DNA of 64,000 bases from a virus: positions 32,001 to 96,000 of the IMG/VR virus record IMGVR_UViG_3300042923_001106, one strand, 5' to 3'. Positions within the stretch are counted from its first letter, which is position 1. Every line of letters begins with the position of its first letter. Made by a program: the position numbers and the translations under genes. Positions 47,954 to 57,872 of this stretch are shown one piece after another. Under the pieces are notes generated by a model. That model was not told the DNA's origin. It was given only the letters and a program-made list of their open reading frames with translations, and made no database searches.

Positions 47954-48193
47954 ATGGCGCTTATGGAAGGGGAAAATATAGCACCAAAAACGGCTGCTGA
48001 AGCCAAAAAATTGATTGGGAAGCATGTCCGCTATTTAAGGAGTCAAGACATTGATAAATCTGGAAGAGGTTATTTCTTCCCAAGGTTCGGAATAATTTCT
48101 GAGGTTCATGGAAGAAACATATTTATGGAAAATGGAACAGATATTCAATTGAGCGAGTTGGTTGAGATGGTTGAGATTCAAGTGACTGAATGA
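47954..48193 (+). CDS. Hypothetical protein
   Basis: 79-aa ORF with RBS. Confidence 0.65.
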   Translation: MALMEGENIAPKTAAEAKKLIGKHVRYLRSQDIDKSGRGYFFPRFGIISEVHGRNIFMENGTDIQLSELVEMVEIQVTE

Positions 48194-48224
48194 AAGAAAG
48201 AACTGTTTTATCTGGGAGGATGAA

Positions 48225-48680
48225 ATGGAATCGTTGAATGGACTGTTCCTAGAAAAAATGAAAATGTTAGTTCATTGCCATACTGGTCTGCCTCTAATAG
48301 AATTTGATAATGACTACTACGAAAAAACCACAATGTTTATGGGTTATAACTTTGGTGAAAAACTTATAGCATATAATCTACCAATGTACGAACTTAATAA
48401 GAGTCAAATTCCTGAATTAGCACATCTTTCATTAGAGGAGTTTTTTGAAATAGCAGTTTATCACGAAATAGGACACCATCTTGATTACATTGCAAACCCG
48501 AATAGGAAGATATACAGAGAAATGCATGTTAACGATGCGACCAATGAGTTTATTCTTGAAGGTGAACTCAATGCTTATAAATATGGTAGGGATCTTGTGC
48601 CCGACTCCCTAATAAGTTATTACGATATTTTGAACCAATTCAACATAGAGAAGTACAATGAAGTGGCAAATGAAACCTGA
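48225..48680 (+). CDS. HExxH (zincin-like) metalloprotein
   Basis: AVYHEIGHHLD...EGELNAYKYG. Confidence 0.6.
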   Translation: MESLNGLFLEKMKMLVHCHTGLPLIEFDNDYYEKTTMFMGYNFGEKLIAYNLPMYELNKSQIPELAHLSLEEFFEIAVYHEIGHHLDYIANPNRKIYREMHVNDATNEFILEGELNAYKYGRDLVPDSLISYYDILNQFNIEKYNEVANET

Positions 48681-48918
48681 ATTTCATTCTCAGTTTAAAA
48701 AAGAAATGAGGACTACAAATATGAAGTTTTCAAAAGAAGAATTAGAAGACATGGAAAATGCGATTGATATCGATGTGGAAACAAATAAGGCTTTCTGTCC
48801 TCGTTGTGGTACTGAAATATTAATAAGACAAGAATTTAATAAATGCCCAGATGTAGCGTGTGGGTGGAGACAGTACATGAGAAATAAAAAGACTAGCGAA
48901 AAGTATTATGGTTCTTAA
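48658..48918 (+). CDS. Zn-ribbon hypothetical protein
   Basis: CPRC...CPDVAC; true start probably 48721. Confidence 0.5.
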   Translation: MKWQMKPEFHSQFKKEMRTTNMKFSKEELEDMENAIDIDVETNKAFCPRCGTEILIRQEFNKCPDVACGWRQYMRNKKTSEKYYGS

Positions 48919-48976
48919 TTAATGGATCGAGGCTATGAAAACTGACTTTTATCAGTTGGCAAGGAGGTATTTTTAA

Positions 48977-49195
48977 ATGGTCGCAGTGAAAGAAGCACTT
49001 TGTACCAACGATGTGATCAACATAGGAAATTCAAGAATTTCAGTTGCTTTCTACAAGGGTAGATCGTACCCAGTTTATATAGAAGACGATGGCCGAAGTA
49101 TTTGGGCTTTTAATGAAAAAGGGATTGATCAGATGTTACGTGACTTTGAAACGCCGGATACCTTTTTTGACAATCATTTTAGTATCGTTGACTAA
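48977..49195 (+). CDS. Hypothetical protein
   Basis: 72-aa ORF with RBS. Confidence 0.6.
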   Translation: MVAVKEALCTNDVINIGNSRISVAFYKGRSYPVYIEDDGRSIWAFNEKGIDQMLRDFETPDTFFDNHFSIVD

Positions 49196-49508
49196 AAACA
49201 TTATAGGTTGTCGGGTTGTAATCAATTTTTCAATCAATCATAACAAGATTGAAAGGTGGGCTAGTCTGAACAAACTTTTCATATTCGCATTCTCATCTGC
49301 TATAGGATCAATCGTAATGATAATACTAAATCTAATTTTCTACGGTAACACGCTGGCAACGGGTATATTAGCAGCATCAACAGCGCTAAATAGTGCAATG
49401 CTTTGGACTTTTCATAGAGAAGAAACTGTCGATGCGCTGAAGAGAATATTTTGGAGAAAATAAAACTTGCTCTTATAGAAATTCTAAGTTAAAGGGGATG
49501 TTCTTAAA

Positions 49509-49952
49509 GTGAATAGTTATCTCGAAAGATACATTGAAAATCTTACGGGTAGAACTTTTTTCAAAAGCGTAGTGCAAATGGAAGATAAGCTTATTATTTT
49601 CTTTTATAACTCATACCAAGAGTTTCGGGAAGACAAAAACACTACTCAGATCACTGAGGAAGATTATCAGGAGTACTTTACACAGAACACCATTGAAAAA
49701 ATCTTGGTAGGTGAACCGGCGAGGATTATGAGGGAGTTTCCCTTTATTGATTCAGTAGAGATTAAAATGCCAAAATATGCAACCGAAATCAAAAGGGACC
49801 TACTGAATGAGTTTCTGGGTTTTCGAATTGAACAAACAAGTGTTTTTGATGGTACTTGGAGAAGTCAATTTTCAGATGTGTACATTTATAATAAAACCAA
49901 GCGGAAGCAATTTATTACCGAGTTCGTTAATATCGATAAAGAAGATCAATAA
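49509..49952 (+). CDS. Hypothetical protein
   Basis: 147-aa ORF. Confidence 0.7.
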   Translation: MNSYLERYIENLTGRTFFKSVVQMEDKLIIFFYNSYQEFREDKNTTQITEEDYQEYFTQNTIEKILVGEPARIMREFPFIDSVEIKMPKYATEIKRDLLNEFLGFRIEQTSVFDGTWRSQFSDVYIYNKTKRKQFITEFVNIDKEDQ

Positions 49953-49984
49953 AAGTTCCACTTTTATCGGACGAATGGAGGGTA

Positions 49985-50272
49985 TTGAAATTGTCCACAT
50001 CATTAGTTGTTCTTCTAGTAATTTTCATTATCGTTATCTTTATTTTCGGAAAATCGAATAAGCGGCGTTTTGGACGTAGGGGATATACAAAGGGCTACAA
50101 TAGAAATAGTTATGATGAAACAAGACAACAAAGAGAACAAGAAAGGACCATCAGATATTTGGAAAGGCAGCAAGAGAGAGAAGAAAGATATTCAAAGAGG
50201 CATGGCCAAAGTTATAATTTTCGGAACAATAAGTCTAAATTTGGTCAAACAAACAAGAGCAGATTTAAATAA
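49985..50272 (+). CDS. Small N-terminally anchored membrane protein
   Basis: N-terminal TM helix plus basic tail; stop codon lies in the motif. Confidence 0.65.
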   Translation: MKLSTSLVVLLVIFIIVIFIFGKSNKRRFGRRGYTKGYNRNSYDETRQQREQERTIRYLERQQEREERYSKRHGQSYNFRNNKSKFGQTNKSRFK

Positions 50273-50302
50273 AAGGTCAATTTCATGTGATGGGGTGATA
50301 AG

Positions 50303-50590
50303 ATGAAGCAATCTGACTATAATCGAGCAGCAAGAAAAATTGCCAGAGCGAATGCTGCTTTATGGGATGCTATTGGTCTAATTAACGAAGCATTATCAGA
50401 TCCAGTTATCAGTAAACTCCTTGAGGAACATGATAATGACAAACAAAAACTTTTTGAGAAGTTAGCTACTGCTTATGAAAAGATCAATAAGAAGTATGAT
50501 GGTTTTATAGATGCTGGAATGCATGGTAGAGATATTGATGATTTTGATAATTTTACAACCAAGTTTGCGGAAGTGTTGGAAACCGAATAA
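50303..50590 (+). CDS. Hypothetical protein
   Basis: 95 aa, bounded by exact motifs. Confidence 0.7.
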   Translation: MKQSDYNRAARKIARANAALWDAIGLINEALSDPVISKLLEEHDNDKQKLFEKLATAYEKINKKYDGFIDAGMHGRDIDDFDNFTTKFAEVLETE

Positions 50591-50639
50591 AATGTCAGTT
50601 TCATTTTTTTAAGTAACAGTAAATTAAAGGAGTAGGTTT

Positions 50640-50909
50640 ATGAAACAGACAGTAGCTTTAACCGTATTGTTGGGAATTCTCTCATTAATTATTATCGGAT
50701 GCTCTACCACACAACAGACAAAACAATTTATAGAAGTTCGTGTCAATAAGGATATGGTAACTCTTAACATCGATCATATAGTAAGTATTCAACCTAACGG
50801 CGATAATGGAGCAGTTATACTAATGGATACGTCAAATGGCATGAATGGCGGACACTTGAATATATCTGAAAGTTACGATGTAATTATTAAACGATTATCC
50901 AAACAGTAA
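50640..50909 (+). CDS. Putative lipoprotein
   Basis: Signal peptide ending in LIIIGC. Confidence 0.65.
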   Translation: MKQTVALTVLLGILSLIIIGCSTTQQTKQFIEVRVNKDMVTLNIDHIVSIQPNGDNGAVILMDTSNGMNGGHLNISESYDVIIKRLSKQ

Positions 50910-50955
50910 GATGAAGTAAATAAAAAATCCATTTCATTAGGTGAGAGGGGAAAAG

Positions 50956-51429
50956 ATGAATACCAGACAGCGTTTGTTTACTACCCAATATAGGGAACTT
51001 TTGGATTGTGAGTGGAAAATTATCTTCGATCCAGTTAATTTTGAAGCGAAGATTGTTAATGAAAACGGTAAAGAAATAGATGGCGTTCCACTGAGTCTAA
51101 TGTTGGGCGAAATCGACGATTACGGCAAAAGAAAGCATGAGGAAAAGAGTGATAAGATCCGCAAACAACCACTAGATGAGTTCACGAAAAAGAGATTAGA
51201 GATAGAGGATTATGTCTTAATCAAGGATGAAACGGATAGGATTGGTAGAAGGGTTTTTGAAGTCTACCATGACCAGAATGATATTTTAACGTTAGATTGT
51301 TTTTCGGTTTCAAAATCTAATAACCTCGTTTATCAGGAGTTTACTGCTCATCTGCTTGTAGATGAGGTTGAAAAAATATTACCAACATTGAATGAATTCG
51401 TTCGGAAGAAAATGAGATCTAAAGAATAA
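50956..51429 (+). CDS. Hypothetical protein
   Basis: About 157-aa ORF. Confidence 0.7.
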   Translation: MNTRQRLFTTQYRELLDCEWKIIFDPVNFEAKIVNENGKEIDGVPLSLMLGEIDDYGKRKHEEKSDKIRKQPLDEFTKKRLEIEDYVLIKDETDRIGRRVFEVYHDQNDILTLDCFSVSKSNNLVYQEFTAHLLVDEVEKILPTLNEFVRKKMRSKE

Positions 51430-51481
51430 TATAGATTATGAAAAGTTCATTTTATAATCTCTTAATTGGAGGCGTTGTTGA

Positions 51482-51886
51482 ATGGAACTGGATACTAAAC
51501 AAAGAGTCCTACTTGCTCTTTATACAGAATATCAAAAAGATTTGCCAGAAATGAGAAGTATCAAACCAGACGTATTAGAGTTGGAACCAGATGTATTTCA
51601 TATTGCTATTATGAAACTAGAAACTGAGGGGTATATTACTGATACAACTCCAATAAGGACGTTGGGCATGAGACATCCTGCTTATCGAATTGATAGCGTA
51701 AAATTAACTAGAGACGGAATTGAATATGTAGAATCAAAATTGAATATTGATCCAACATCAAGTGGCAATGAAAAGGCAAGAGGTGTTTGGAGAAAAGTTG
51801 GTGAATGGGGATTGGAACAGTTTAAAGACGTTATTGCGAAAATAGCAGCAGAGGCGATTAAAGGGCAGTTCGATACTAAATCCTAA
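51482..51886 (+). CDS. YjcQ-like winged-helix protein
   Basis: VLLALYTEYQKD...AIMKLETEGYI...VKLTRDGIEYVE. Confidence 0.6.
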   Translation: MELDTKQRVLLALYTEYQKDLPEMRSIKPDVLELEPDVFHIAIMKLETEGYITDTTPIRTLGMRHPAYRIDSVKLTRDGIEYVESKLNIDPTSSGNEKARGVWRKVGEWGLEQFKDVIAKIAAEAIKGQFDTKS

Positions 51887-51902
51887 CTAGGAGATACAAT
51901 CA

Positions 51903-52373
51903 ATGAAATACACCTATGATTACTTTAGCAGAAATCGTGAGATTACACTAAGAAAATTATTAAATATTGAAGGTTCATATTCATCCATTTCAATCCGCGA
52001 ATTTTATGGAGAAGGTAAAAACCCAAATGAAAATCGCGCTATAAACTCTCTAGATCGAGGATTGTATATAATACAAAAGGGCAATTCCAGTGCTTCTGTT
52101 GATGATCTATTGAATTGTAACTTTAGTGATATTTTAAAAATAAGGAATGCTGGTAAGGGCTCTCATATAATTATTTTGAATGGAATTCTCGATTATTTTA
52201 AACTTGGGAAAATTATCGATGAACCAGAATTAATACGGTCGTACAAATGTGAAATAGATAAATTGATCCAGAGTTGTGATAATGACTCGTTAAAAGAAAT
52301 TATTTATTTACTTTTTGAAGAGCTGTCAATTATTGAAGCAGAAAAAGCATTAAGAAAAATAAAAGACAAGTAA
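51903..52373 (+). CDS. Protein with RNAP alpha-CTD-like segment
   Basis: RAINSLDRG...SVDDLLNCNFSDILKIRNAGKGSHIII. Confidence 0.5.
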   Translation: MKYTYDYFSRNREITLRKLLNIEGSYSSISIREFYGEGKNPNENRAINSLDRGLYIIQKGNSSASVDDLLNCNFSDILKIRNAGKGSHIIILNGILDYFKLGKIIDEPELIRSYKCEIDKLIQSCDNDSLKEIIYLLFEELSIIEAEKALRKIKDK

Positions 52374-52415
52374 TGAAAATACTATTTTATTTCTTTCTAT
52401 AGAAAGGAATTTTAA

Positions 52416-53018
52416 ATGAAGAGAATTAGTTTCAAAACGGGGTCAATAATTGGGTCTATATTATTGCTTTCTGCTTGTTTAGTTTCAGGTATATGGGCCT
52501 TCCAGAGTAGAAATGAAATCAAACAACTAAAAGTGTCTTTGCAGAGTAAGGAGAATGCTTTAGTACAATCTGAGGAGAAAATTATAAATATTCAGAACCA
52601 AAATCTAGAGATCGCTGAGTTATTTGAGTTTCTTTCAGAAACCCAAACCACAATGAATCTTGGGAAAAAGATGGTTAGTGATATCAATTCGCAAAAAGTT
52701 GGTGAAATCGATTTTAATAAGTACACTTATCCCACAGAGAAACGAATAGAGCTAGTCGATGCTTTTGTTAACTACCAAAAGAAGTACACAAAAGATCGAT
52801 TAGAAAAAATCTATATACAAATCGGGCAAAAAGAAGAGGAAGTATCTAAACATCAAAAAATGATTGAAGATTATCTTAACTTTGCAGTAAATTTCAGGGA
52901 CCGAAAGAATGAACCTTTAGGAATCTTGCGGCTTAATGATCTTTTAGCAGCTCTACAAGTAGAAAAAGCTATCTCAGCAACTCAAGAAAAAATTCATGGT
53001 CTACTGCAAAATAAGTAA
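52416..53018 (+). CDS. Membrane-anchored coiled-coil protein
   Basis: N-terminal TM helix; 200 aa. Confidence 0.65.
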   Translation: MKRISFKTGSIIGSILLLSACLVSGIWAFQSRNEIKQLKVSLQSKENALVQSEEKIINIQNQNLEIAELFEFLSETQTTMNLGKKMVSDINSQKVGEIDFNKYTYPTEKRIELVDAFVNYQKKYTKDRLEKIYIQIGQKEEEVSKHQKMIEDYLNFAVNFRDRKNEPLGILRLNDLLAALQVEKAISATQEKIHGLLQNK

Positions 53019-53057
53019 ATGAAAAGACTCTTTCATGGGGAAGTAGGAGGTGCATAA

Positions 53058-53318
53058 ATGAGACTTACAGATAAAACGGGTGCTTGGGATAGATTAAAAA
53101 GATGGGAAGGAAAGTATAAAAAGTTTGAAGTATCAATTAGTCAGGGCAGTAGTGATCCACTTAGAGGCATTGTAGACTGCTATTACTTCGTGGTAATTTG
53201 CAACGAACCTGATTTAAGACACAATTCTTTGTGGACTAAGGATAAATACAGTTCAAAAGAAGAGGCTGAACAAGCAGCAATTAACTGGATTGATGAAAAA
53301 CTGAAGGCAATAAAATAA
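53058..53318 (+). CDS. Hypothetical protein
   Basis: 86-aa ORF with RBS. Confidence 0.65.
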   Translation: MRLTDKTGAWDRLKRWEGKYKKFEVSISQGSSDPLRGIVDCYYFVVICNEPDLRHNSLWTKDKYSSKEEAEQAAINWIDEKLKAIK

Positions 53319-53585
53319 CGGTGTTGTAGAAAGGGAGAGGGGAAAATGTATAAGGTTGGAGATTGGGTTAAAACATCTCAGACATCAAGCGACTTTATAA
53401 GAATAATTGAACTCAGCGAATCAGACTCTAAAGGTGGGACACCTGTACGGGTATCATAGCAAATACTCTAAGAGAAGGAAACCAGCGGGGTTCAATACAA
53501 ATATAAATGAGAACAAGTCAGAAATGTACAAAGGGTAGAAGCGAATAATAAAATAACTTTCATAGGGAAATAGGAGGCATTAAAT

Positions 53586-54407
53586 TTGAGCAAAGCTAAA
53601 AAGAAAATCGATGTAAACTCAGAAGAATTTAAAGTGCAGCAACACAGGGATAATCTTATACGTATTGAGGAACGATTGATTCACATTCCAGAGCCAACTG
53701 TTACTTTTGAGATTGGAGAAAGTGTAAGGGTGGGTAGTCTTGAAGATGAGATTGTTTTTTCAATTCTTCATGGTGGCAAAATTCTTGAAATCGATTATAC
53801 CTCTGTTAAGTCAAATTACGGAAATCCAATTCGCGAGGAGCATCAAAAGGGGTATTGGACATGGACAGAGACAAGAAAGAAAAATGACAATGTTAATTCT
53901 CTAATTGAAAACGACGATATCCGTTTGAACTACTCTCAAACCCATCTACGTGGATTGCTAACTAAAGTCTATCATTTTGGCGTAGATTTTAATCCTGATT
54001 ATCAGCGTGATTACGTTTGGGATGAGAGCGACAAAGTTAAGTTAATTGATGCAATATACAAAAATGTAGACATTGGGAAGTTCGCCTTTGTTCGGGTATC
54101 CGATAGAAAGTGGGAAGATAACGGGCATATCTACAGTTATGAAATTCTAGACGGTAAGCAGCGACTCAGAGCAATTCTCGATTATTATGAAAATCGTTTC
54201 CCGTACAAAGGATTTTATTTCAATGACTTATCACGCAGGGATCAAAATCATATGATGGAATACAGTGTTAATGTGGCCGAAGTATCCGAGCTAACTTACG
54301 AGCAAACGTTACGATACTTCCTGATGCTCAACACTAGTGGACGGATTATGAGTGAAGAACATCTAGACAAGGTTCGTCAATTGCTTGATCAAGAGACGAT
54401 GAAATAA
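53586..54407 (+). CDS. DUF262 (ParB/GmrS-like) domain protein
   Basis: FNPDYQRDYVW...LIDAI...EILDGKQRLRAI...FLMLNTSG. Confidence 0.85.
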   Translation: MSKAKKKIDVNSEEFKVQQHRDNLIRIEERLIHIPEPTVTFEIGESVRVGSLEDEIVFSILHGGKILEIDYTSVKSNYGNPIREEHQKGYWTWTETRKKNDNVNSLIENDDIRLNYSQTHLRGLLTKVYHFGVDFNPDYQRDYVWDESDKVKLIDAIYKNVDIGKFAFVRVSDRKWEDNGHIYSYEILDGKQRLRAILDYYENRFPYKGFYFNDLSRRDQNHMMEYSVNVAEVSELTYEQTLRYFLMLNTSGRIMSEEHLDKVRQLLDQETMK

Positions 54408-54434
54408 CGGTTTCATTGAGAGGTAGGGTTAATA

Positions 54435-54638
54435 ATGATTGAGTTCAAGAGAACATCTGTACACGAAGTTGGAGGCTGTAATTATTGTGATCAAGGCAAA
54501 CTGAGCTTCGGTGGACATAATTTAGTGTATCCATATGATGAGGTATTTGAGATTCGCGGCAATAGAACGAGAACAACAATATGCGCGGACTGCTTAGAAG
54601 AGTTAGTTAGTAAGAATCCGTTAAAAATGAATTTATGA
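54435..54638 (+). CDS. Zn-finger hypothetical protein
   Basis: CNYC...CADC. Confidence 0.65.
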   Translation: MIEFKRTSVHEVGGCNYCDQGKLSFGGHNLVYPYDEVFEIRGNRTRTTICADCLEELVSKNPLKMNL

Positions 54639-54651
54639 GGAGTTACAATAT

Positions 54652-54855
54652 ATGATTTGGATGTACACAATAGTAAAAAGAGTAGAAGATAGATTTGGTA
54701 ATAAGTGGACAATTGATGGTAAAATATATGAGCCGTTCACAGATAGGAGTTTGAGTTATGTATTGAACCAGTACGGAGCAGAAGGTTGGGAATTGGTTAC
54801 TAAGGAAGACGGAAATACTTATATTTTCAAGAAGTTGCATCAAGATGATGAATGA
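54652..54855 (+). CDS. Hypothetical protein
   Basis: LNQYGAEGWELV, a DUF4177-like motif. Confidence 0.6.
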   Translation: MIWMYTIVKRVEDRFGNKWTIDGKIYEPFTDRSLSYVLNQYGAEGWELVTKEDGNTYIFKKLHQDDE

Positions 54856-54885
54856 CAAATAAACGATGATTTTATGGGATGAGAG

Positions 54886-55200
54886 GTGAGTAATGTGGAG
54901 TATGGAGTTTTCAATGGAAGAGAATTGATTCAAACATTTGAAAATGATGAGGAAGGTAAGGAGATCGCACTCAATTTATTTAAGGAATCAGGAGAAGTAT
55001 ATTTTTGTAGAAGATTACACTTTGATGAGTTAACAGAAGATTCTAAAATTCGCAGACTAAAAAATCGACTTGATGAGTTAAACGAATTTCTGGATCGAGC
55101 CAAAGAATCTGGTAGAACATATAGGTCGGACACATCAATAAATGCCGATGAACTTGAATGGCTGCTTAACTTAGCACAAAAACAATTACAGATGAAATGA
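54886..55200 (+). CDS. Hypothetical protein
   Basis: 104-aa ORF. Confidence 0.65.
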   Translation: MSNVEYGVFNGRELIQTFENDEEGKEIALNLFKESGEVYFCRRLHFDELTEDSKIRRLKNRLDELNEFLDRAKESGRTYRSDTSINADELEWLLNLAQKQLQMK

Positions 55201-55222
55201 CGACTTCAAAGGAAGTGAGAAA

Positions 55223-55768
55223 TTGCAAATGCTGCTACGTAAATCATTTCATTTTGAGAAGCAGAAGTATATGTTTACAGTGGAAACAGATGGTGTCTTT
55301 TTAGTGTTGAATTGTTACAAGGGCGGAAGTGAGAAAAACGAAGCGGTTCTAATTGAACGATTTTCTCCAATAGAGAAGAAAATTATGAATGTTATTGATG
55401 ATACGATTGGTCACTCAATGGTTACTGATTTACGAAAAGACACAAAGAGAATGAGTGATTATGTCAGAAAATACTATAAAGTTCCTTTCCCAGAAGTAAA
55501 TGAACTCTTGGTTCTGGATGAAGAGATAGAAAAAAATGGGTATTCGGTTTACGAAGATATTTTGGTGTTGGAGTACTTGGAAAATAAAGAAATACCATTT
55601 GTAACTTTTGAGTATGAAGGTAAAAAGTACGTGTTTACTTCAAAAAATAAACTGGATGAATTTCAAGAAGTATTAATGAAAGAAGTTACAAAAAAGAAAA
55701 ACGAAATTAAGCAGATCCAAGATTTAGAGATGGACATTTTTTATAAGTCAAAGCGCATCTTCGGATAG
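55223..55768 (+). CDS. Hypothetical protein
   Basis: 181-aa ORF. Confidence 0.7.
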   Translation: MQMLLRKSFHFEKQKYMFTVETDGVFLVLNCYKGGSEKNEAVLIERFSPIEKKIMNVIDDTIGHSMVTDLRKDTKRMSDYVRKYYKVPFPEVNELLVLDEEIEKNGYSVYEDILVLEYLENKEIPFVTFEYEGKKYVFTSKNKLDEFQEVLMKEVTKKKNEIKQIQDLEMDIFYKSKRIFG

Positions 55769-55832
55769 AGAGATAAAGATTTTTGAGCAATTCCGATGAG
55801 AACATGCTTTTATCTGATAAAAGGTTAGGAAG

Positions 55833-56276
55833 GTGTGGCGAAAAGTGAAAACTAAAGATTACATTAAGATGCTGCAAGTAGGAAAAAATCCAGTTGTTCG
55901 TTTCACTAAATTGATTGATACATTTGAATGCGAAGTGGACGAAGGAATGCTGGCCAGAGCGGTATCTGTGAGGGACGAGGGAGACGGAACAACAAAAGTT
56001 GTATTCGAAGTAAAAGAGTTTGAATCGACAAATATTCCATTTATGAAACTCGACTATTTTGATAAAGATGGAGATCCGACCTTGAGATGGATCGACACAA
56101 ACTTTTATCCCAAAGACGGTATTGAATATTTTTATATTGAAACTGATGGTGAAACACCCTTTGAAATTATTGATGACAACGTTGCTTTGAATGATTATAG
56201 AAACAGCGGATCAAGTCTAAGCTATATTCAATGGCTAGAGGAGCAGTATTTGAAATTATCAAAGAAGCATATCTAA
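55833..56276 (+). CDS. Hypothetical protein
   Basis: 147-aa ORF. Confidence 0.7.
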   Translation: MWRKVKTKDYIKMLQVGKNPVVRFTKLIDTFECEVDEGMLARAVSVRDEGDGTTKVVFEVKEFESTNIPFMKLDYFDKDGDPTLRWIDTNFYPKDGIEYFYIETDGETPFEIIDDNVALNDYRNSGSSLSYIQWLEEQYLKLSKKHI

Positions 56277-56301
56277 ACCTTTTACCAAGGATGAGAGCGG
56301 T

Positions 56302-56568
56302 ATGACTATAGATAAATGTACAATTGAAGGCTGCACTGATCCTGTTAAAGCCAAAGGCTTGTGTAGCATGCACCATCAAAGGTTAAGACGTACCGGAAGT
56401 GTAGAAGCAAAAAAACCAAAAGAAACACAAAGGATCGCCAATAGAAGCTCGAACAAGTCGTTCCTGTTAAAAAAATGTAATGCATATGGATGTAATGAAT
56501 ACGCCTCAAGCATGGGACTCTGTAAAAAGCACTTGGAAGAATGGGATTGCGGGATTAAAATACGATAG
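56302..56568 (+). CDS. Protein with two Cx4C...CxxH zinc-finger repeats
   Basis: CTIEGC...GLCSMH; CNAYGC...GLCKKH. Confidence 0.7.
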   Translation: MTIDKCTIEGCTDPVKAKGLCSMHHQRLRRTGSVEAKKPKETQRIANRSSNKSFLLKKCNAYGCNEYASSMGLCKKHLEEWDCGIKIR

Positions 56569-56657
56569 CTGATTTGTAAATGATTGTTGATCATTTTATG
56601 AGTGTTTATGAAGTGTGACAGTGAAAGGTAATTTTATTTGAGGCGAGAATAACTAAC

Positions 56658-57110
56658 ATGTCTGTCAATGTGATTCAAGGTGATTTACTCAATGCTCCAG
56701 AAAACATAATTGGACATCAGGTTAATTGTCAGGCCGTAATGGGATCAGGTGTAGCTAGAGCTTTGAGGGACAAGTATTCCGATTTATACTCAGCATACAC
56801 AGAGTTTTGTACGGGAAACTCACCAAAAGAATTATTAGGACAGTTGCAAATTGTACCAGTCGCAAAAGACAAATATGTGGCTAATCTATTTGGTCAGCTG
56901 AATTTTGGACGATCTAACATTACATACACTAATTACGACGCTCTGAAAGAGGCATTACTTGCATTAAAAGAATGCGCCAAAGAAAATGGATATACTGTTG
57001 CGCTTCCATATAATATCGGCTGCGGATTGGCCAACGGTAGATGGGCAATTGTTGAAAAGATACTCGAAGATGTTTTTTCGGACTATGATGTGGTATTGTA
57101 CAAAATTTAA
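56658..57110 (+). CDS. Macro domain (ADP-ribose processing) protein
   Basis: IQGDLL...IGHQVNCQAVMGSGVARAL...VANLFGQ...ALPYNIGCGLANGRW. Confidence 0.85.
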   Translation: MSVNVIQGDLLNAPENIIGHQVNCQAVMGSGVARALRDKYSDLYSAYTEFCTGNSPKELLGQLQIVPVAKDKYVANLFGQLNFGRSNITYTNYDALKEALLALKECAKENGYTVALPYNIGCGLANGRWAIVEKILEDVFSDYDVVLYKI

Positions 57111-57127
57111 TAATACTACACAATTTC

Positions 57128-57526
57128 ATGGAGGACAGAAGGATGAATCCAAAAGAAATTGGTAAGAGAATAGTGTATGTTCTACAGCTTGAAAATGATT
57201 ATTTTTATGTTGGACAAACGCCATATTTAGTTAAAAGATTGGATGAACATAAAAGGAACAAAGGATCTGTCTGGACTAAGATTCATAAGTACGAATACCT
57301 GATTGAAACTTATGATGCGGGGTCATGTACATCGAAAGATGCAGAGGCCCTTGAGAATGAAGTAGTCATAAAGTATATGAAAGACAAAGGATGGAGGAGA
57401 GTTAGGGGAGGTAATTTAAGTGCTATTGATGAGAAGGAAATATTGAGAGTACTATTGAAATTTCCGAAAAAGTATAACCTAGATCAAGAATTTATAAATA
57501 TTCTAACTGCCAGTCAATCTGAATAA
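57128..57526 (+). CDS. GIY-YIG nuclease
   Basis: IVYVLQLENDYFYVGQT...RLDEH...LENEV...VRGG. Confidence 0.8.
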   Translation: MEDRRMNPKEIGKRIVYVLQLENDYFYVGQTPYLVKRLDEHKRNKGSVWTKIHKYEYLIETYDAGSCTSKDAEALENEVVIKYMKDKGWRRVRGGNLSAIDEKEILRVLLKFPKKYNLDQEFINILTASQSE

Positions 57527-57563
57527 AACAACAATTTCAATTGATTGTAAAGGAGTATGAAAT

Positions 57564-57872
57564 TTGAATAAAATAGAAAGAAATTATTTATTTGAACTAT
57601 ACAATAACTCTAATTTTGTCCCTAACATCAAAAACAATATGGATATTGGAGCAGCTACTAGTCAGAGATATGACTTAATGGAACAGTCCAAATTAATCAA
57701 ATCACTTTCATACGCTATTCTTATGTTAGGTTCAGAAGATGATAAGGAATATTGGAAAGAAGAATGCGATGAAGCATTGCATGAATTAATGGAGTTTCGA
57801 AAACATAGAGAGGAGGAAAATTGGAATCCTAGAACAACATATGGATACACAGTAAATTTAAGTGGTTGGTAA
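57564..57872 (+). CDS. Hypothetical protein
   Basis: 102-aa ORF. Confidence 0.65.
   Translation: MNKIERNYLFELYNNSNFVPNIKNNMDIGAATSQRYDLMEQSKLIKSLSYAILMLGSEDDKEYWKEECDEALHELMEFRKHREEENWNPRTTYGYTVNLSGW

Noticed and set aside
33009-56632. More degenerate motif-like sites (33009, 43506, 49460, 49949, 51438, 53548, 54858, 55192, 56621)
   Set aside because: They have a 4-, 5- or 7-bp spacer or two or more mismatches. They may be decayed copies but were excluded from the counts because AT-rich DNA can produce them by chance.
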